The notes below the pieces were generated by a model. It was given only the letters and a program-made list of their open reading frames with translations. It was not told the origin of the DNA and made no database searches. A program made the position numbers and the translations under genes. DNA of 60,683 bases, counting the filler, from Platydemus manokwari (taxonomy: Eukaryota): NCBI GenBank assembly GCA_037951405.1. It is 6 parts of 6 records of this genome, joined end to end, with 100 filler letters (N's around TTAATTAATTAA, not from the genome) between each part and the next. Parts side by side here need not be neighbours in the genome. Positions count along the whole stretch, not along the records: positions 1 to 9,944 come from JBBMOY011186322.1; positions 10,045 to 18,803 come from JBBMOY011354871.1; 4 more parts are not named here. One strand, given 5' to 3'. This document shows positions 1 to 17,069 of the stretch, piece after piece; position 1 is the stretch's first letter, and each line of letters starts with the position of its first letter.

Positions 1-1081
1 TGAGAACACACATCGAGTTATAAAGCTCAGATAATTTTACTCATTTTATAATAATTTTATTATATTTAATTATTTTGGAGTTTAACGTTTATTTACAATT
101 CTTAAATATTTTTCGGAACAGAACCCATTTTTATACTTAGATCTAGTCTCATCAAGTCACATAACAAAACTTTATTCAAGAACATTAATGCCGTGCTATA
201 GGTATGGTTTATGCAAATTTTGTATCGATAATCAAAGTTGTACTTGTTCGGTTTAATAAAGTGACTGCTACATTGTTCTAGATAATTCCAGCAGGCGATG
301 AGATGTAGCAATGAGGGAAATGCTTTGACAGTGACGTTCAAAAAAACCGAAACAATGTATCGGGAAGAAGTGGTTAAAAATAAAAAATGAAATATATAAT
401 GATAAAAATAGAAATAGCTTTACCTATTATTATACATAGTTGGAGCATAAAACCCACTATTTGATTATAATGAATTTTTCATTAATAACGCTCTTACATA
501 GGTAGTCCTAATAATTCAACGAATTTTTGTAATTAGCAGGAATATATCAGTACATTAGTTTTCTATTCGTTATATATCGAATAATATATATATATATATA
601 TATATAATTTTATCCATATTAATTAAAGATTATATGTCGAGGGTTTGCTTATCAAATCCATTCCTCGAGTCTCAGCAATTACCACTGTTAATGGTAAAGT
701 TTTGTTTGTCGATGCAGCATTGAACTCTTCGAAAACGATTTTCAAGAAATTCTCATTTTTCTTTGAGAAATTTAAACAAGTTGGTTTCTTGGAAAATGAG
801 AAACCTTCAAGTATTTTGAAGAATGAAAATACTTTTCGAATTAGAATAACACTCGAACTGATGATACAAAACAAGATAATCAATGTTCAAAACACGCACA
901 TTATATATAAAGCTAAAAAATGTATCAATCCTAAATGTATTGTTCAAATCAATGGGAATAATTTCATCCAGAATGCTCGATGCAAATATATATCATATCA
1001 AAAATATTTATAAATAAAATGTTTCAATATGCCCCACATTTATATAAACTCTGCAAAATAAATGGATGAAATCGATCATAC

Positions 1082-4000
1082 CTTGAGATTCGAAGAACTC
1101 TAAGACACAGATAAAATGAAGTATCATTGGAATTAAAATATAATGAGATAATCTTTTTTTATATAATATCAGTTCACTAACCGTTTTTATATTTTTATCC
1201 TTAGAACTGACAGTTATAGGGGAGAGAATGATTTCCTTGATAGGATTATCATAAACAGTATTAGGAACATCGTTATCTGTTTGGGATGTCAGTGGTGTTG
1301 TTTCCTCCTCTACTAGACTATTGGTATTTCCAGAAATACCAGAACAATTCAAAGTAGTCGAGGCAATCGATCTTCCTCGATATTGTCTAGCGACTTTCTT
1401 TTTAATGACAGGACTAGTAAATCGAGAACTCAACATTTCTAGCTCTTTATCTTTCTAAAATTATATATCTTCAGCGTTTAATACTTTTTTAATAAAAATA
1501 TAAAATTAACAAATAGCATTTGGTTTCTGATTAATAAAAGCGATATGAGAAATCAAACCTTAGCATAATGAACGGTTGTGGATCTCGAAGACCGTGTTAT
1601 ATTCAAGGAATCAGAAAGAGTTCCATTCGGACTTTGCGGTACTTCATTTTCCACAATCGGCTCTATATCCATACTAAAATTGCTTGTATCTAAAAGAGTG
1701 AATCATGTCAAAATAAAAATGATCGATAAATTTGTAAATATTCCCAAAATAACTACCAGCCCATAACGTAAACCAAAAAAATACAAAAAACAGCAGAAGT
1801 AGATAACTCATTTCAAGGAATAATAATAATAATAATAATAATAAATTCTCTTGAAATTATTTTACATTAATTTTCTTAATTGTTGAAATTATTCGATTTA
1901 TTTTTGAATTGTCTACCTCTGCTATTAATTCATCAAATTTTCATCTTACTGTCAAGCAGGCCTGCTGTTTTAGCTTGATAAAAAAATTTTAAATAGGAAT
2001 TAAATGACACAACATTGACCTAAATTTCCATGCTAAACATAATGCAGAATACGAAAAAGGCATTTATCTAAAATATCATTCATTGTGCAATCTACTGATT
2101 GTTAATAAAATCCAAATAAAATAAATATATATATATATAATCTATTATTATCTGTCAATATTTATATTTTCCTATGAGATTTCGCTAAAATTTTAAAGAT
2201 ATTTTACAAATAGGAAGGAAACGTTATTAATTGATTTTAATAGATAGAATAACCCCATATTTCAGAGTACCCGTGTTTCATAGAGAATTACGATCCAAGA
2301 ACCACACAAAAAACCATTATATTCACATAATAAAACAAGGTGATAATTTTAAAAACCTTTAGTACATGGATAATCGATAAGAAAACAATTCTCCAAAGTT
2401 TTACATATTTTTAATCACATTTTCGTTAAAAGATGTAATAAAAAGACCTGATCTATATACAAGATGACTCTTTAATAACTAGTATACCAATATATAGGGG
2501 CCGGCAAAAAATTGTTTTTATCAGTAAGAATATATCTGAAGATCAAAGTTAAAAATTTTTAAGCTAGATAATTATCAAGACTGGAAAGGCCAAGATTTAA
2601 ATTTAAATAAATCGTTTAGAGTAGATTATATGATTTTGCCTGAAAGATGAAGGCAAAGCAATGCGGCATAACTTTCTTCTTTAACACGAAACAACTTTTA
2701 GGATACCGAAATCCATCACTTTCTTGTCGTCAAGATTTCGGAGATTACCAAAGAGTTTGCAGGAGAACAGCAAAGGTTTATTGAACGAAAAGAAGTTTCA
2801 GGAAAATCAAGACGAGCAATGCAGAAGAGAACGTCATTATTGTGCGTAAAATGATTGAAGATTGTCACTTAAACTGTTCAGCCATTTCAAGAGTCACTGA
2901 CATTAAAGAAACGAGTGCTCACCGCATATTGAAACAAGAACTTGGAAAGAAGTCACTTTACACCAGATGGATTCCTCACAAATTCTTCGCGACGGTGGAT
3001 CCATCAATGCTGAGAGATACCTACAATTCTTGCAGAACACGATTCTAAACTTTCAAACAAGACCACCAGAGAGAGAGAGTGAGATAAAAACTGTTATCGT
3101 TTTTAAAAATCAAAACAAAGTCAAATAATGTAAAATGGATACAGCATCCGAAAACAAACAAAACAACCATGCAATTGGTGATCAAAAAATTTTGTTTCGA
3201 AGTCAGATTATTTTAAGTCGAAATTTCTGTGCTAAACTGCTATCATAATTTAGACTGCCATATCAACTACATTGATCTCCTAGTTCTGGTGATTGAAAAT
3301 CAATCTCCTAATTTTTAAACTTCAAAGAAAATTAAAATATTTATATTTTCAATATTTTAGGAATTATTTCCATTATCTTGTGAATAAAATCTTATCTCTG
3401 AAATTATAGAATTTCCTTTAGTCATTTTAAAATCCTCCTTGTGATCAAGATATTATAATTTTCCTTTTCAAATAAAACAATTAAACTGCAATTTCTGGTT
3501 TTATAATTTTTAAAATAGCTTTGATTTCCAACATAAAATTCATTAGATATTGATTCCCAATATTCTCAAATGTTCTCAATATAATTATTATTATCGATCA
3601 TTATATTAATGGCTACACAATCAATATATAATGGTTTTGTTTATAAAATTGTTTTTGGAAATATATCACTGAAATTACACTGTTATAAAGATCGAAAAAT
3701 TGTTTCAAGGAAAATAGAACTCAGTACAATATAATAAGATCAAATACTTTTATTTTAAATGATAAATGTTTTTAATTATAATGCTAAATTGATCTATAAA
3801 TTCCATTACAAATACCTATGTTTAACGAGAACTTAAAATCAAACTAATAAAACAATAATTGATAAGCATTTTAAAGAAAGAAATAAATCACAATTTAGCA
3901 CAACGAATATCTAATATGTTTAGAAAAAATAATTTTTAAAATATTTTCTCTCATTATAAGAATATGAAACTATATATCGACCGTGTGACGAATGTAACAC

Positions 4001-7000
4001 AAAATCTGAAATTAAAATAAAATATACATGTAAAACATCAAATTTTTATTCAAACTCAACAAAACGTCACGTTAATTTATGTTCGAATAGTAATTCAGTC
4101 TTCGAAATGATGACAGTCATTATTCAAACATGCAGCCTTGTAGGTACCAACTGGCACACACTTTGGCACAACCCATTGTCAATTGATTGTACACCATTTG
4201 TGATTGCTGCAGTCAATTCTTTGATTATTTAAGGCTTTCTGTTGTACATCAATCTTTCAGCGTTGTCCAAAGACAAAATTTCAGTGGAGTAAGATCAGGC
4301 AAAAGCGGTGGCAACTCGATCCAGCCACGCCTTCCATTCCACGAAGCTACGAACTTTGCATTCAACCAGTTTTGCACAATAATTGCTAAATGTGATATTA
4401 CTCTGTCGTGCTTTAAAACGATTCGTTCACCTCGCGGTGTATTTTCGGCTCAATTGTAGCCATAAAATAATCGTTCGAAGATTTTGCGTTACTTTGTCAC
4501 ATCCCACATATTTATATATAACCACAATCTATATACTACATATAAATTGAGTTAAAATTAGAATCCAATTCGTCCAAACCAATTTATAATAAAAATCAAT
4601 TCATTGATATTCAATAAATAGAAATACACAAAGTGGAAATATAATGGAAAAATAGAAAATCATTAAATTAATTTTAACACATCCAAATACAGATCTAATT
4701 GTCGTGTCCTCTAAAACAGACAATTCTAATAAATGAAAAGGAGTAATAGCTAACTACATAATTGGTGAAATCTATAATATTAAATCAATATTTTTGAAAG
4801 TAGAACATTTCTATCACCGGATTTCCAATGGATATTTCTGGCAACCAAACCAGAATTGAAAAATGATATTCATCCATGCATTACAAAGGATAATCTAATG
4901 AGTGCCGTCAACATTCATTAGTAATGTTAAAAAGAGTGGGACAATATTTCCAACAGTAAAAGTTGATTTAGTCGTGAATAAATAATAATAAATCATTTAA
5001 AGATCAAGTATATAATGATTTTGCTATAACCAACTTTCACTGTCCATATAAATAAATCAATACCAGTGACTAAAATGTTAGTGTGATCACGAACTATAAT
5101 ATTCGAAAAAAAATAACGATCAACATGTTAACTGTTGCCAATAAATGGGCTTCAGGTAACAGGTTTATGAAAATATTATTCATTATATTACTAAAATACC
5201 TACCAGGTACAGCTCCAGATACCACTAGAAACATTCAATATGATATTAGTTAGTGGATAGAAATATTTGGAAATATTATAAATTATGTTTCTATGGGATG
5301 AATTAAAAAATTATATAAATTTACAATGATAAAAATATCATTTAATATTTTATTGATAATAATTATTATAAAATATTATTTTATAATAAAATAATTAATA
5401 CATTATCCTTTATTATTATTGAAATACTACAACGACTGATAATAATAATAATCAATGTCATTATTATTAATAAATGTATTGTTGTTATTATTAATTTGAA
5501 ATATGGTTAAAACACACTCAATCTGATTGGCAAGGCTTATTGTAGCAGCTAATTTACATTTCTATGAAATCAAACGGTTATTTTAAAAAATCTCACAAGT
5601 TTAATCAATTGGAACTCCTATAAAAATTCCTTTTCTAGAAATTTCTAATTCAATAAGTAAGAAATGGAACGAACCGAACACAAAACACCAATTAACTTTG
5701 AAGTTTCCAAAATGATCAATGTCAATAACCCGATGCAATGTTAAGGTGATGAAATAATTAAAAGAGAAAAAGATTTCAGATTTTGAAAGTATAAAACCAA
5801 TATTTTAAAAACTCTATATTAAATGATAACTCAATAAAATGAGAGTATTTTACAACTATATTTTATTAATTTAAATCCATTCACCATCACTTAATGTGCA
5901 TTCAAAATCAATTATTTTGTTTAATATCTCAAAAAATTGTAAATTTGACTTTTTAACAAACAGGATTTAATTTATCTGGCTAGTTGAATTGATTTAATTA
6001 CATTATTTACAAGGAGACAACTGAAAATAGATTCACTGTTCTAGTTCATCTAATTATGATTGGTGACAGAAACTATTTCTGTTTATAGCCAAATATACAT
6101 CATTGGTTGTATGTATTTGGTATGTATGTATTTTTTTCTGAAATAGATGAGGTGATTTTAATCGAGTTTTGTTAATCATATGATCCTTATTTTATAAATC
6201 AAATTTACATAATTATAACNNNNNNNNNNACTTATTATTAAATCAAATTATTATAAATCTAAGCAAACGTGATAAGTCTTCGAATATGTCCAAATATTTG
6301 GCTTATCAATAATAGAATTAATAATGTATAAAAATTAATAATATTATAAATACTAAAATGAGTTATTGGCCGTGCTCTGAACTTCAAATTTAAACATGGA
6401 ATAGATGTGATCATGATTAACCATTAACATAAATTCCTATTGGCTTAGAAAAAAGACGTTAAAATGAACCTGCATAGATTTGATTGATAAAGTTAATAGG
6501 AAATATTTTAGATAAAAAAAATCAGAGTACTGATAACAGAACACAAATAAATTATTAATGAATAAGTAACGAAAAACAATAAGACATCAAATCCCATACA
6601 TTGCACGGGAACATCAACACATCTCAACAGATTAGCATTTTGAAACTGTTATCAAATATTTTATAATGTTGTAAAACTCGATCGCACAATGAAATCAATA
6701 AAAAAATTATTCCGAATGACGAACATCAATATTGAACACAAATAAACTCTGTTTGATTAATAGGATTCAAGTTTATATCAAAAAATAAGCGTAACGACTT
6801 ATTTTATATTAGTGTTTTTTTTATACTATAAAAAATCATATAAAAATACCTCTCGGTCTTGGCATATGAGGTGTAGGCGGAGAATAACCTTCATCCATTC
6901 TTTTACATACATGCAAATGATTCTCCACAGTATTAATGGTAATACGAACTAAATAATCGACAATGGCTCGAAATCCACCAACCACACCACTTCCGGCACC

Positions 7001-8496
7001 TGATGCATTATATTCATACTGGAAAAATTTATCAATAATTCTATAATTAAAATATTATATAAAGAACCTTATAAAGAACAACAAGAAGGACATTCAACCA
7101 ATGAATTCTGGTTTGAGGTTCCAATAACCAAAGGCTAAAGGTAGGAGGTTGACTATCACTTGCGTATCGTTGTGGAGAAGCACAGAATTGCAAAACTACT
7201 AATGTCTGATGAAGAATTGAATTCCCCATTGAGAAATTGCAATCGAGAACTTTGGCAACATTAGATATAAATGCGTGGAAAACTGTAGAATTTCTAAATT
7301 ATGAAAATTACATCATTAAGTTTATCTTGTTAGAAAATACATTGATCCCAATGAAAATTCCTTCAAAAGCGTAAATTAAACTGTAATTAATCGAGTGTCT
7401 CAGTTAAAATTCAAGATTAATGAAACGTTAACAGAAACATTGGAAAGCGCCGTTACCTACGATTGGTAAACAATTTATAATGATATTAAGCAAGTTAGTG
7501 ACATCCCGGTGTGAAAAGTAGTTGTTGAAGTCATAATAATGGGTTTTGTAGTATTTTTGACATGAAAACAACAAAATAATTCTAAAAAGATTCATACTAA
7601 ATGGCTTGAAAAAATCAATAAGGTCAACAAGATATGGATAAATTTGAAAATAGCATGACGTTATCACCATGAATATCAAATTCGGATGAACAGTGGAAAG
7701 TAACTGCAAATTGTTTCGAGAATTCGCTATTCGAATTAATTGACAATAATAATAGGTAATCAATGAGTGGACAGATTTTACGTAAGGAATCTAAAATCCA
7801 TCATTCTGTCAATGACTTCAAACCAAAATGCTTTTCATTAAATTTCACGTTAACTTACTACGATGTAAGCAAAGCGTTAAGAGCTTTCTAAGTCGAGTTT
7901 TATCAAAACAGCATGAGTAATTTTAAAATCGTACAAATAAGTGAATTAAGTATTGATTGGTACAAGGTCGTATATGAAACTGTTAAGTAGAAAATATTCC
8001 TGTTGGGTACTACTCCACTCTAGATTTCCATATAATAAGAATTCAAAGTTTTCACGCGAAAATATATTTCCTTAGGGTAATCACAAAAATCTTTCAATTA
8101 TATACTCGACAAAGTTACAGTAAATAAATTGATTTATTATTTCCAATTCATATTTATCACTCAAATTTTACGAAATTCATTTCAAGATGAATAACTATGA
8201 TCAAATAAAAAATAAAATAGCTTATTATTATTACCTTAATTTATAGGGAGGAATATTGAATGATTGATCGGTATAACCCAATAGTAAAGCTAAATGTCTT
8301 TGAACTTTGCTTAGAGCTTTTTTATCTTTCAATTCATCTTTAGATACTTGCATATCGACACTTGCCATAAATTTCAACAGAAGCATTACCCATTGATGAA
8401 GTGTGTCACGACTTGATCCTTCTAAATCCAATGCTTCTTGAATATTTGTCAAAAATCGATTATTAGGATCAGTATATTCGGCAACATTTAGACCTC
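1082..8496 (-). CDS. UNC79: UNC-79 (NALCN channelosome subunit), internal portion only; 5' exons are missing and the 3' end is unresolved
   Basis: Phase-consistent GT-AG exons: 8496-8235, 7293-7068, 7018-6850, (5224-5204 microexon), 1689-1559, 1454-1182, (1099-1082 microexon). Spliced translation includes RDTLHQWVMLLLKFM...ALSKVQRHLALLLGY...FNIPPYKLRNSTVFHAFISNVAKVLDCNFSMG...LQFCASPQRY...FSLWLLEPQTRIHWLNVLLVVLYKYEY...HLHVCKR...PRPRD, which matches the invertebrate UNC-79 central region as I recall it, followed by a low-complexity S/T/P-rich linker. Confidence 0.8.
2496..3200 (+). mobile_element. Degenerate mariner transposase remnant
   Basis: ENVIIVRKMIED...AHRILKQELGKKSLYTRWIPHKF corresponds to the second HTH plus the WVPHEL-type linker of mariner transposases. 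It is frameshifted and contains stops; ends are approximate. Confidence 0.75.
3978..4508 (-). mobile_element. Internally deleted Tc1/mariner-superfamily element (rosa/DUF4817-like) with imperfect TIRs
   Basis: Minus strand reads QNWLNAKFVASWNGRRGWIELPPLLPDLTPLKFCLW (consensus WIGR.G..EWPPRSPDLTPLDFFLWG). Inverted repeats TGTGACGAATGTAACACAAAATCT (3984-4007) and AGATTTTGCGTTACTTTGTCACA (4479-4501) lie in TA-rich flanks. Inside a UNC79 intron. Confidence 0.75.
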
Positions 8497-9944
8497 CTGG
8501 TACAAAATTTGGATTAATATTTGCATTGTATCATTGATATTCAGCTATTTTATCATTTTCTAATATTTGGATATTGAATATAACCAGTATTCAGGATAAA
8601 ATATAGTGTTTCATTTGAAATAAAGTGTTATATATATAAGGCACGATGCTTAAGACGTAATAATTTTCACAAATATATTGAAAAGTTCAATCAAAGAATG
8701 ACTCGAAAACAACAAATAAAAATATTTTACAATCAATTTTATAAATTAAAAATAATAGCGATAAAACCCGGGCAATGAAGAGGGTGTGGCAAAAGTGACT
8801 CCTTATATCTTTGTATTTTTATAGTTTACAAATACATGCATTTTTGTTTTATGATACTTGCGTGATTAATGAATGAACCGTCATTAATTAAATGATGACA
8901 ATTGTGCTGAAAATACTCGCTTGGTATTTGGGGAATTTGAAATTCTCCACATGCATGGTAAAAAAAATATTAATCATTATTGAACCATGTATTTTGAAAA
9001 CTGAAGTTCACTTTCAAAATCAGTGAGTCAGGCAATTTCAATATTTACGTTTCTTATAAATGTAAATCTTTCACATACACACACACACACATTTTATCTT
9101 TGAAATTTTTCAAAATTACTTCCATAGTTTTAGACTTTGACAATTATTATGATACATAAGAGGCGCATTTCTGGGTTGAAAATTATTATTATTTTATGTA
9201 AACTTGATTTTCAGATGAATTCTTAATCTCAAAATTATGGAAATAGCTCTGTAAAAAATATCATGACTAATTGAGTGAAATCGTAAGATCATGAAGCTGA
9301 TTTCATTGACAAATCGTTATTTGATTTATGGTCTAACAAGTAGTCAGGGCTATACATTTCTACCAGAAGTAGATACAGACTGGTATTTTATACTGTACTT
9401 TATAAACCAAGCCGAGAGATTCCAGACCTCATATTCTTTGAGTTGCATATAAAATATTTTTAAAAAAACCATGATTATTCAACAAGGAACATGGATGGTA
9501 ACTATTAATTTATAATTTCGAAAATTTTATAAAAAGCCTGGCATGCTCAGGGACCTACAAGAAAATTTTCTGATAATTTGGTGAATGATCAGACTCATAA
9601 CAATGTCTCCATTCATAGAGAAATTTGAATATAAGTTTTCATGTTTTTTTCTTTTTTGATCATTTGTGATTAAGGAATGAAATTTTCCTTTATGACCTTA
9701 TTTTACTTTTGTCAATATCATAACGATAAATAGAAGCCAGTTTAATATGCTCCACGAGTCTAAAAATTTAATTAAAAAATAAAACTAACTTTGGTAAAAC
9801 TGACCTCTGAATTATTAATGAAATTAAGTAGTTACTTAGTTACTTGGTGCAAAAATAATGGCCGTTGTCTAACAGCAACTTTAAAAGACTATAACTCGCT
9901 TAAAAAATAAGTTTATTAATCAAAATAAAGCCCATTGGATTCGA

Positions 9945-10044
9945 NNNNNNNNNNNNNNNNNNNNNNNNNNNNNNNNNNNNNNNNNNNNTTAATTAATTAA
10001 NNNNNNNNNNNNNNNNNNNNNNNNNNNNNNNNNNNNNNNNNNNN
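9945..10044. other. Artificial 100-nt assembly spacer (N44-TTAATTAATTAA-N44); same at 18804-18903, 29586-29685, 38761-38860 and 48482-48581
   Basis: Identical structure five times. TTAATTAATTAA places stop codons in all six frames, as expected of a contig-joining linker. Confidence 0.95.
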
Positions 10045-12327
10045 TTGAATTTGATTTTAAATTGAATTTAATTTTATATTGAATTTAAATTCATATTGAA
10101 TTTCATTTGGTATTAAATTTTATTTATTTGTTTAAGTAATTGTCTTTAAATAGAATTGAATGTCTAGTCTTTTCAGTTCGTTTTCGATGCGTTTTTTTAA
10201 TAAAATAGTAGCGGCTTACAATGTACATACAGTTAACAAAATACATTTGTTTGATTTTGCAAATCTAAGACTAACTTCTTCCTGAAACTGGAACAACAAT
10301 CCCAAAATCGGATCATTGGACGTGTTTTTGGAATTTTAGTGTATTATAATTTATAATTTTGAGGAAAATTAAAATCATTCTGATCAATACGGCCATTATT
10401 TAAATCCCTTGAATAATTTTTAATGAGTAGACAATTTTGGATATAATCCCTATATTAAATTTATATTTTACTGAGTGACTTAATGATTTATTGAAGTCAT
10501 TTGAATGTGATAGCTACCGCAAATATAATTTTATTTGTTAATTTTATGTTTTATTTGTATTATTTGGTCTGTATCATCATTATTATCCTTAATGTTATGA
10601 ATTTCCTGTTATAATCCAAAGGTTTATTATTTAATATAAATTCATTTGTTTAATTTGTCATATTACTGTTCTTTTCTTCATCTTTACAACAAGTGTAACT
10701 AATAAATTATTTTGATAAAGAAACAAACAGAATAATAAACATAATAGTGATGAATAAATTGAAATATAAAGAAATGTAGATTAAAGACGTACAAAGAGAT
10801 TATATCAAGAATAAAACACAATTTATTAAATAATGTTTCAATCAATTTTCAGTGTTTGTTTTAATTGTTTTATTTAAAATAGTTCTATTAAATCATATTA
10901 TTAATTTTTGATAAAAAAACTTCTAAATAATATCGAGAATTTGTGTGTAGATGTTTAAGTTTGATAAATTATCTAGATAATATTTTTATGAAGATAGCAT
11001 TGTTTAAAAAATAGTAAAGCACACAATTGAGCTGATCGATTATCTAAAAATATTTTCACAATAAACGTGAATCATTTAAATTGATATATCATATTACATG
11101 CATTTTAATTTCTTGGATCTTCACAGCCATCTGTTGGGTTTTTGTGTCTATAGACTCAACGATGTGAGCTCAATATAAAAGATGTTTATAAAATAATAAC
11201 ATTTAATTCATTATTCATCATTTGCGATAATCAATAGGTGTTATATTTTCAATGTGTTCCTTGTTATATATTTATTATTCGATAAAACAACACTCAAACT
11301 TTAGTATTTTTTATATTGAAATCAAAGATAATTACAATGAAAGAAAACATACAAATTTAGTTCAGACAAAATTATTTAAGGGAAAGGATTTGTTTAATTA
11401 AGATACAGATTCTATAATATGCGATACACTATTTTCAGCGCTGGAATGCAACCTGGATATAATTATTTAAAGGGTCTAAGTATTTATATATAATTTATTA
11501 GAAAATAAAATTGTTCATTTTATTTATCAGTTTATTTATGCTGCCAATGTCTCATGAAAAAAATTTTCAATAAAAATACCAAATACAATTTTCGAATCCC
11601 TCAATCAAGTTTTTCTTTCCGAGAAGTCAAAAAACCGAATTATTGGATCGTTCAGAATCTGATAAGTTTTAATGGAATTGGTTGTTCCTTTGAATTGATT
11701 CTTTTTTAAGAGTTTAAACCTACGTTGGTTTTCTTGATTATCTGCTATTCATTCCACTTTATTTGTTTTTTTCTAAATTTTCCATATTTCACTAACCTGA
11801 CATACCTCTTTTCCATTTTTTATTGGCCTGTCTCCATCTTTCACTCGATTGTTTTTATTTTCCCCACACTTCTTGGGCTTAACACACTCGACACAGAAAA
11901 TTATCGACCTGAGAAAAAAATCGCTCGTCTTTTTATTATGCTTATTTCTGAAATGTATATCTTCGTATGATCAATTATAGTAGTATTATTTCTCGAATAA
12001 GTTTAAACATAATATGTGTATTATTACTTCAATTTTTGGTTCTAAGAGAAATGGAATTATAACTTTTAATCTTGACAAAAATACTACATGCGGATAATTT
12101 TTCTGAAGTAACCTCGCATGCCGTATTTTTATGCATAATATATTTATTTGTAAATAACGATATAAATGATCTACACATTATTAATTCATTTTATCGATTA
12201 AGGTATTTAGAAAGATTATTAGCGAAGTTTTGACATTAGCACTTATTCGAAATATTATATTATAAATTCGTTTATTGCTCTTAAACTTTCTCTTAAAATG
12301 TAACATGGCAAGTGATAAAAGGTTTAA

Positions 12328-12703
<376 letters not shown>

Positions 12704-13967
12704 AAATGTCCATTGATATTTAGTTGTATTTTAAAATATTGAACTATTAAAGGTTTAAAGAAATATAATCATTAGTTATCAGTTTAATTATATAATTGAT
12801 CAATTAAATTTAATAATAATTTTGAAAATGAAACTCTAAAAATCAGATAATACATATATTTGTTATGGATTTGTAATAAACAAAATATAAACTGAAGATC
12901 ATTATGCTCCTATCAAACGTTTTCCTGTTCGATTTTATATAAATTGATTGAACAAATTTCAATTTCATTTGCTTTCTTGATTAAAAACTATTTTGGGGTG
13001 TATTTTAAATAATTAGATATAGATTTTAAAATTTTACAAAAATGGATTTAAATTTTTTAAATTTGGAATATAATGATAAATTAATAAAGCAAATACTACT
13101 CCTGGTAAGTTAAAATTATCGCCATGATAAATGCATTAATGAGGAACTTCCAAAATATATAATTTAAAATAAAGAAAAATAGAGTGCTTTTTTTATCATA
13201 AGTTGTTTCAAAACTATTTCAATTAAACTAACCATTATTTCACATTATCAATAGATAACTTGAAAAATAAATAGAAGTTATAATTAAATTACGGCTTTTT
13301 AAATATTATTATCGACAAGTATCTGCGCACCAGGAATGCGTATTTTATTATTTTTTTATATATTTCATTACGTAATTACCATATTTAATTAACGCATTTA
13401 TTTCTCAATTAAAAATAAGTATTCGAATAAAAGCTGGCGTTTCTAGAAAGTCAGTATCAGAATAATTTTATATTAAACACTGATTATCAAATTAAATTTG
13501 AATCAAAGCATTTTTTAATTTTAAAAATTTTAGAAATAACTGTATGCTTTGATTATTAAGATATAGTTTATGTAAGTACAATATTAACTATCAAAATTAA
13601 TCTGATCATTTCGACAAAAATATGCTATATTAGTTTATTAAAAACTTACCTTTATTTTATGTTTTATTCATACTTAGAATTCGATAGAAAATCGTATGAT
13701 TATATTGCTTTAGCTTTTGATTTAAAATTAGAAATATTAGTTTTTGTTTCTTTTTTAAATAATGAAGTAAATGGATAAAATTTTTGGATTAACTTCTGAT
13801 TTTAAATTATGTGATAAATTAATTTGCTTTGTTTGTTTAATTACGTGACCAGATATTTTGTATAAAGATTTAATTTCAAGGTTATTAAATTACATTAATT
13901 TAATTTATATACTTTATTATTTATTTTCATTATATTATTAAGTTTCTATAATTTTATTTATTTCTGA

Positions 13968-17069
<3,102 letters not shown>

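Noticed and set aside
102-1013. ORF-track entries 102-341 (-), 623-883 (-) and 645-1013 (+) as further UNC79 exons or separate genes
   Set aside because: No recognisable motifs, and splice phases are not compatible with the upstream UNC79 exon. Left unassigned.
9989-10000. Palindromic TTAATTAATTAA recurring every 9-10 kb as a possible biological signal
   Set aside because: It is always centred in N44 flanks totalling 100 nt, so it is an assembly linker.
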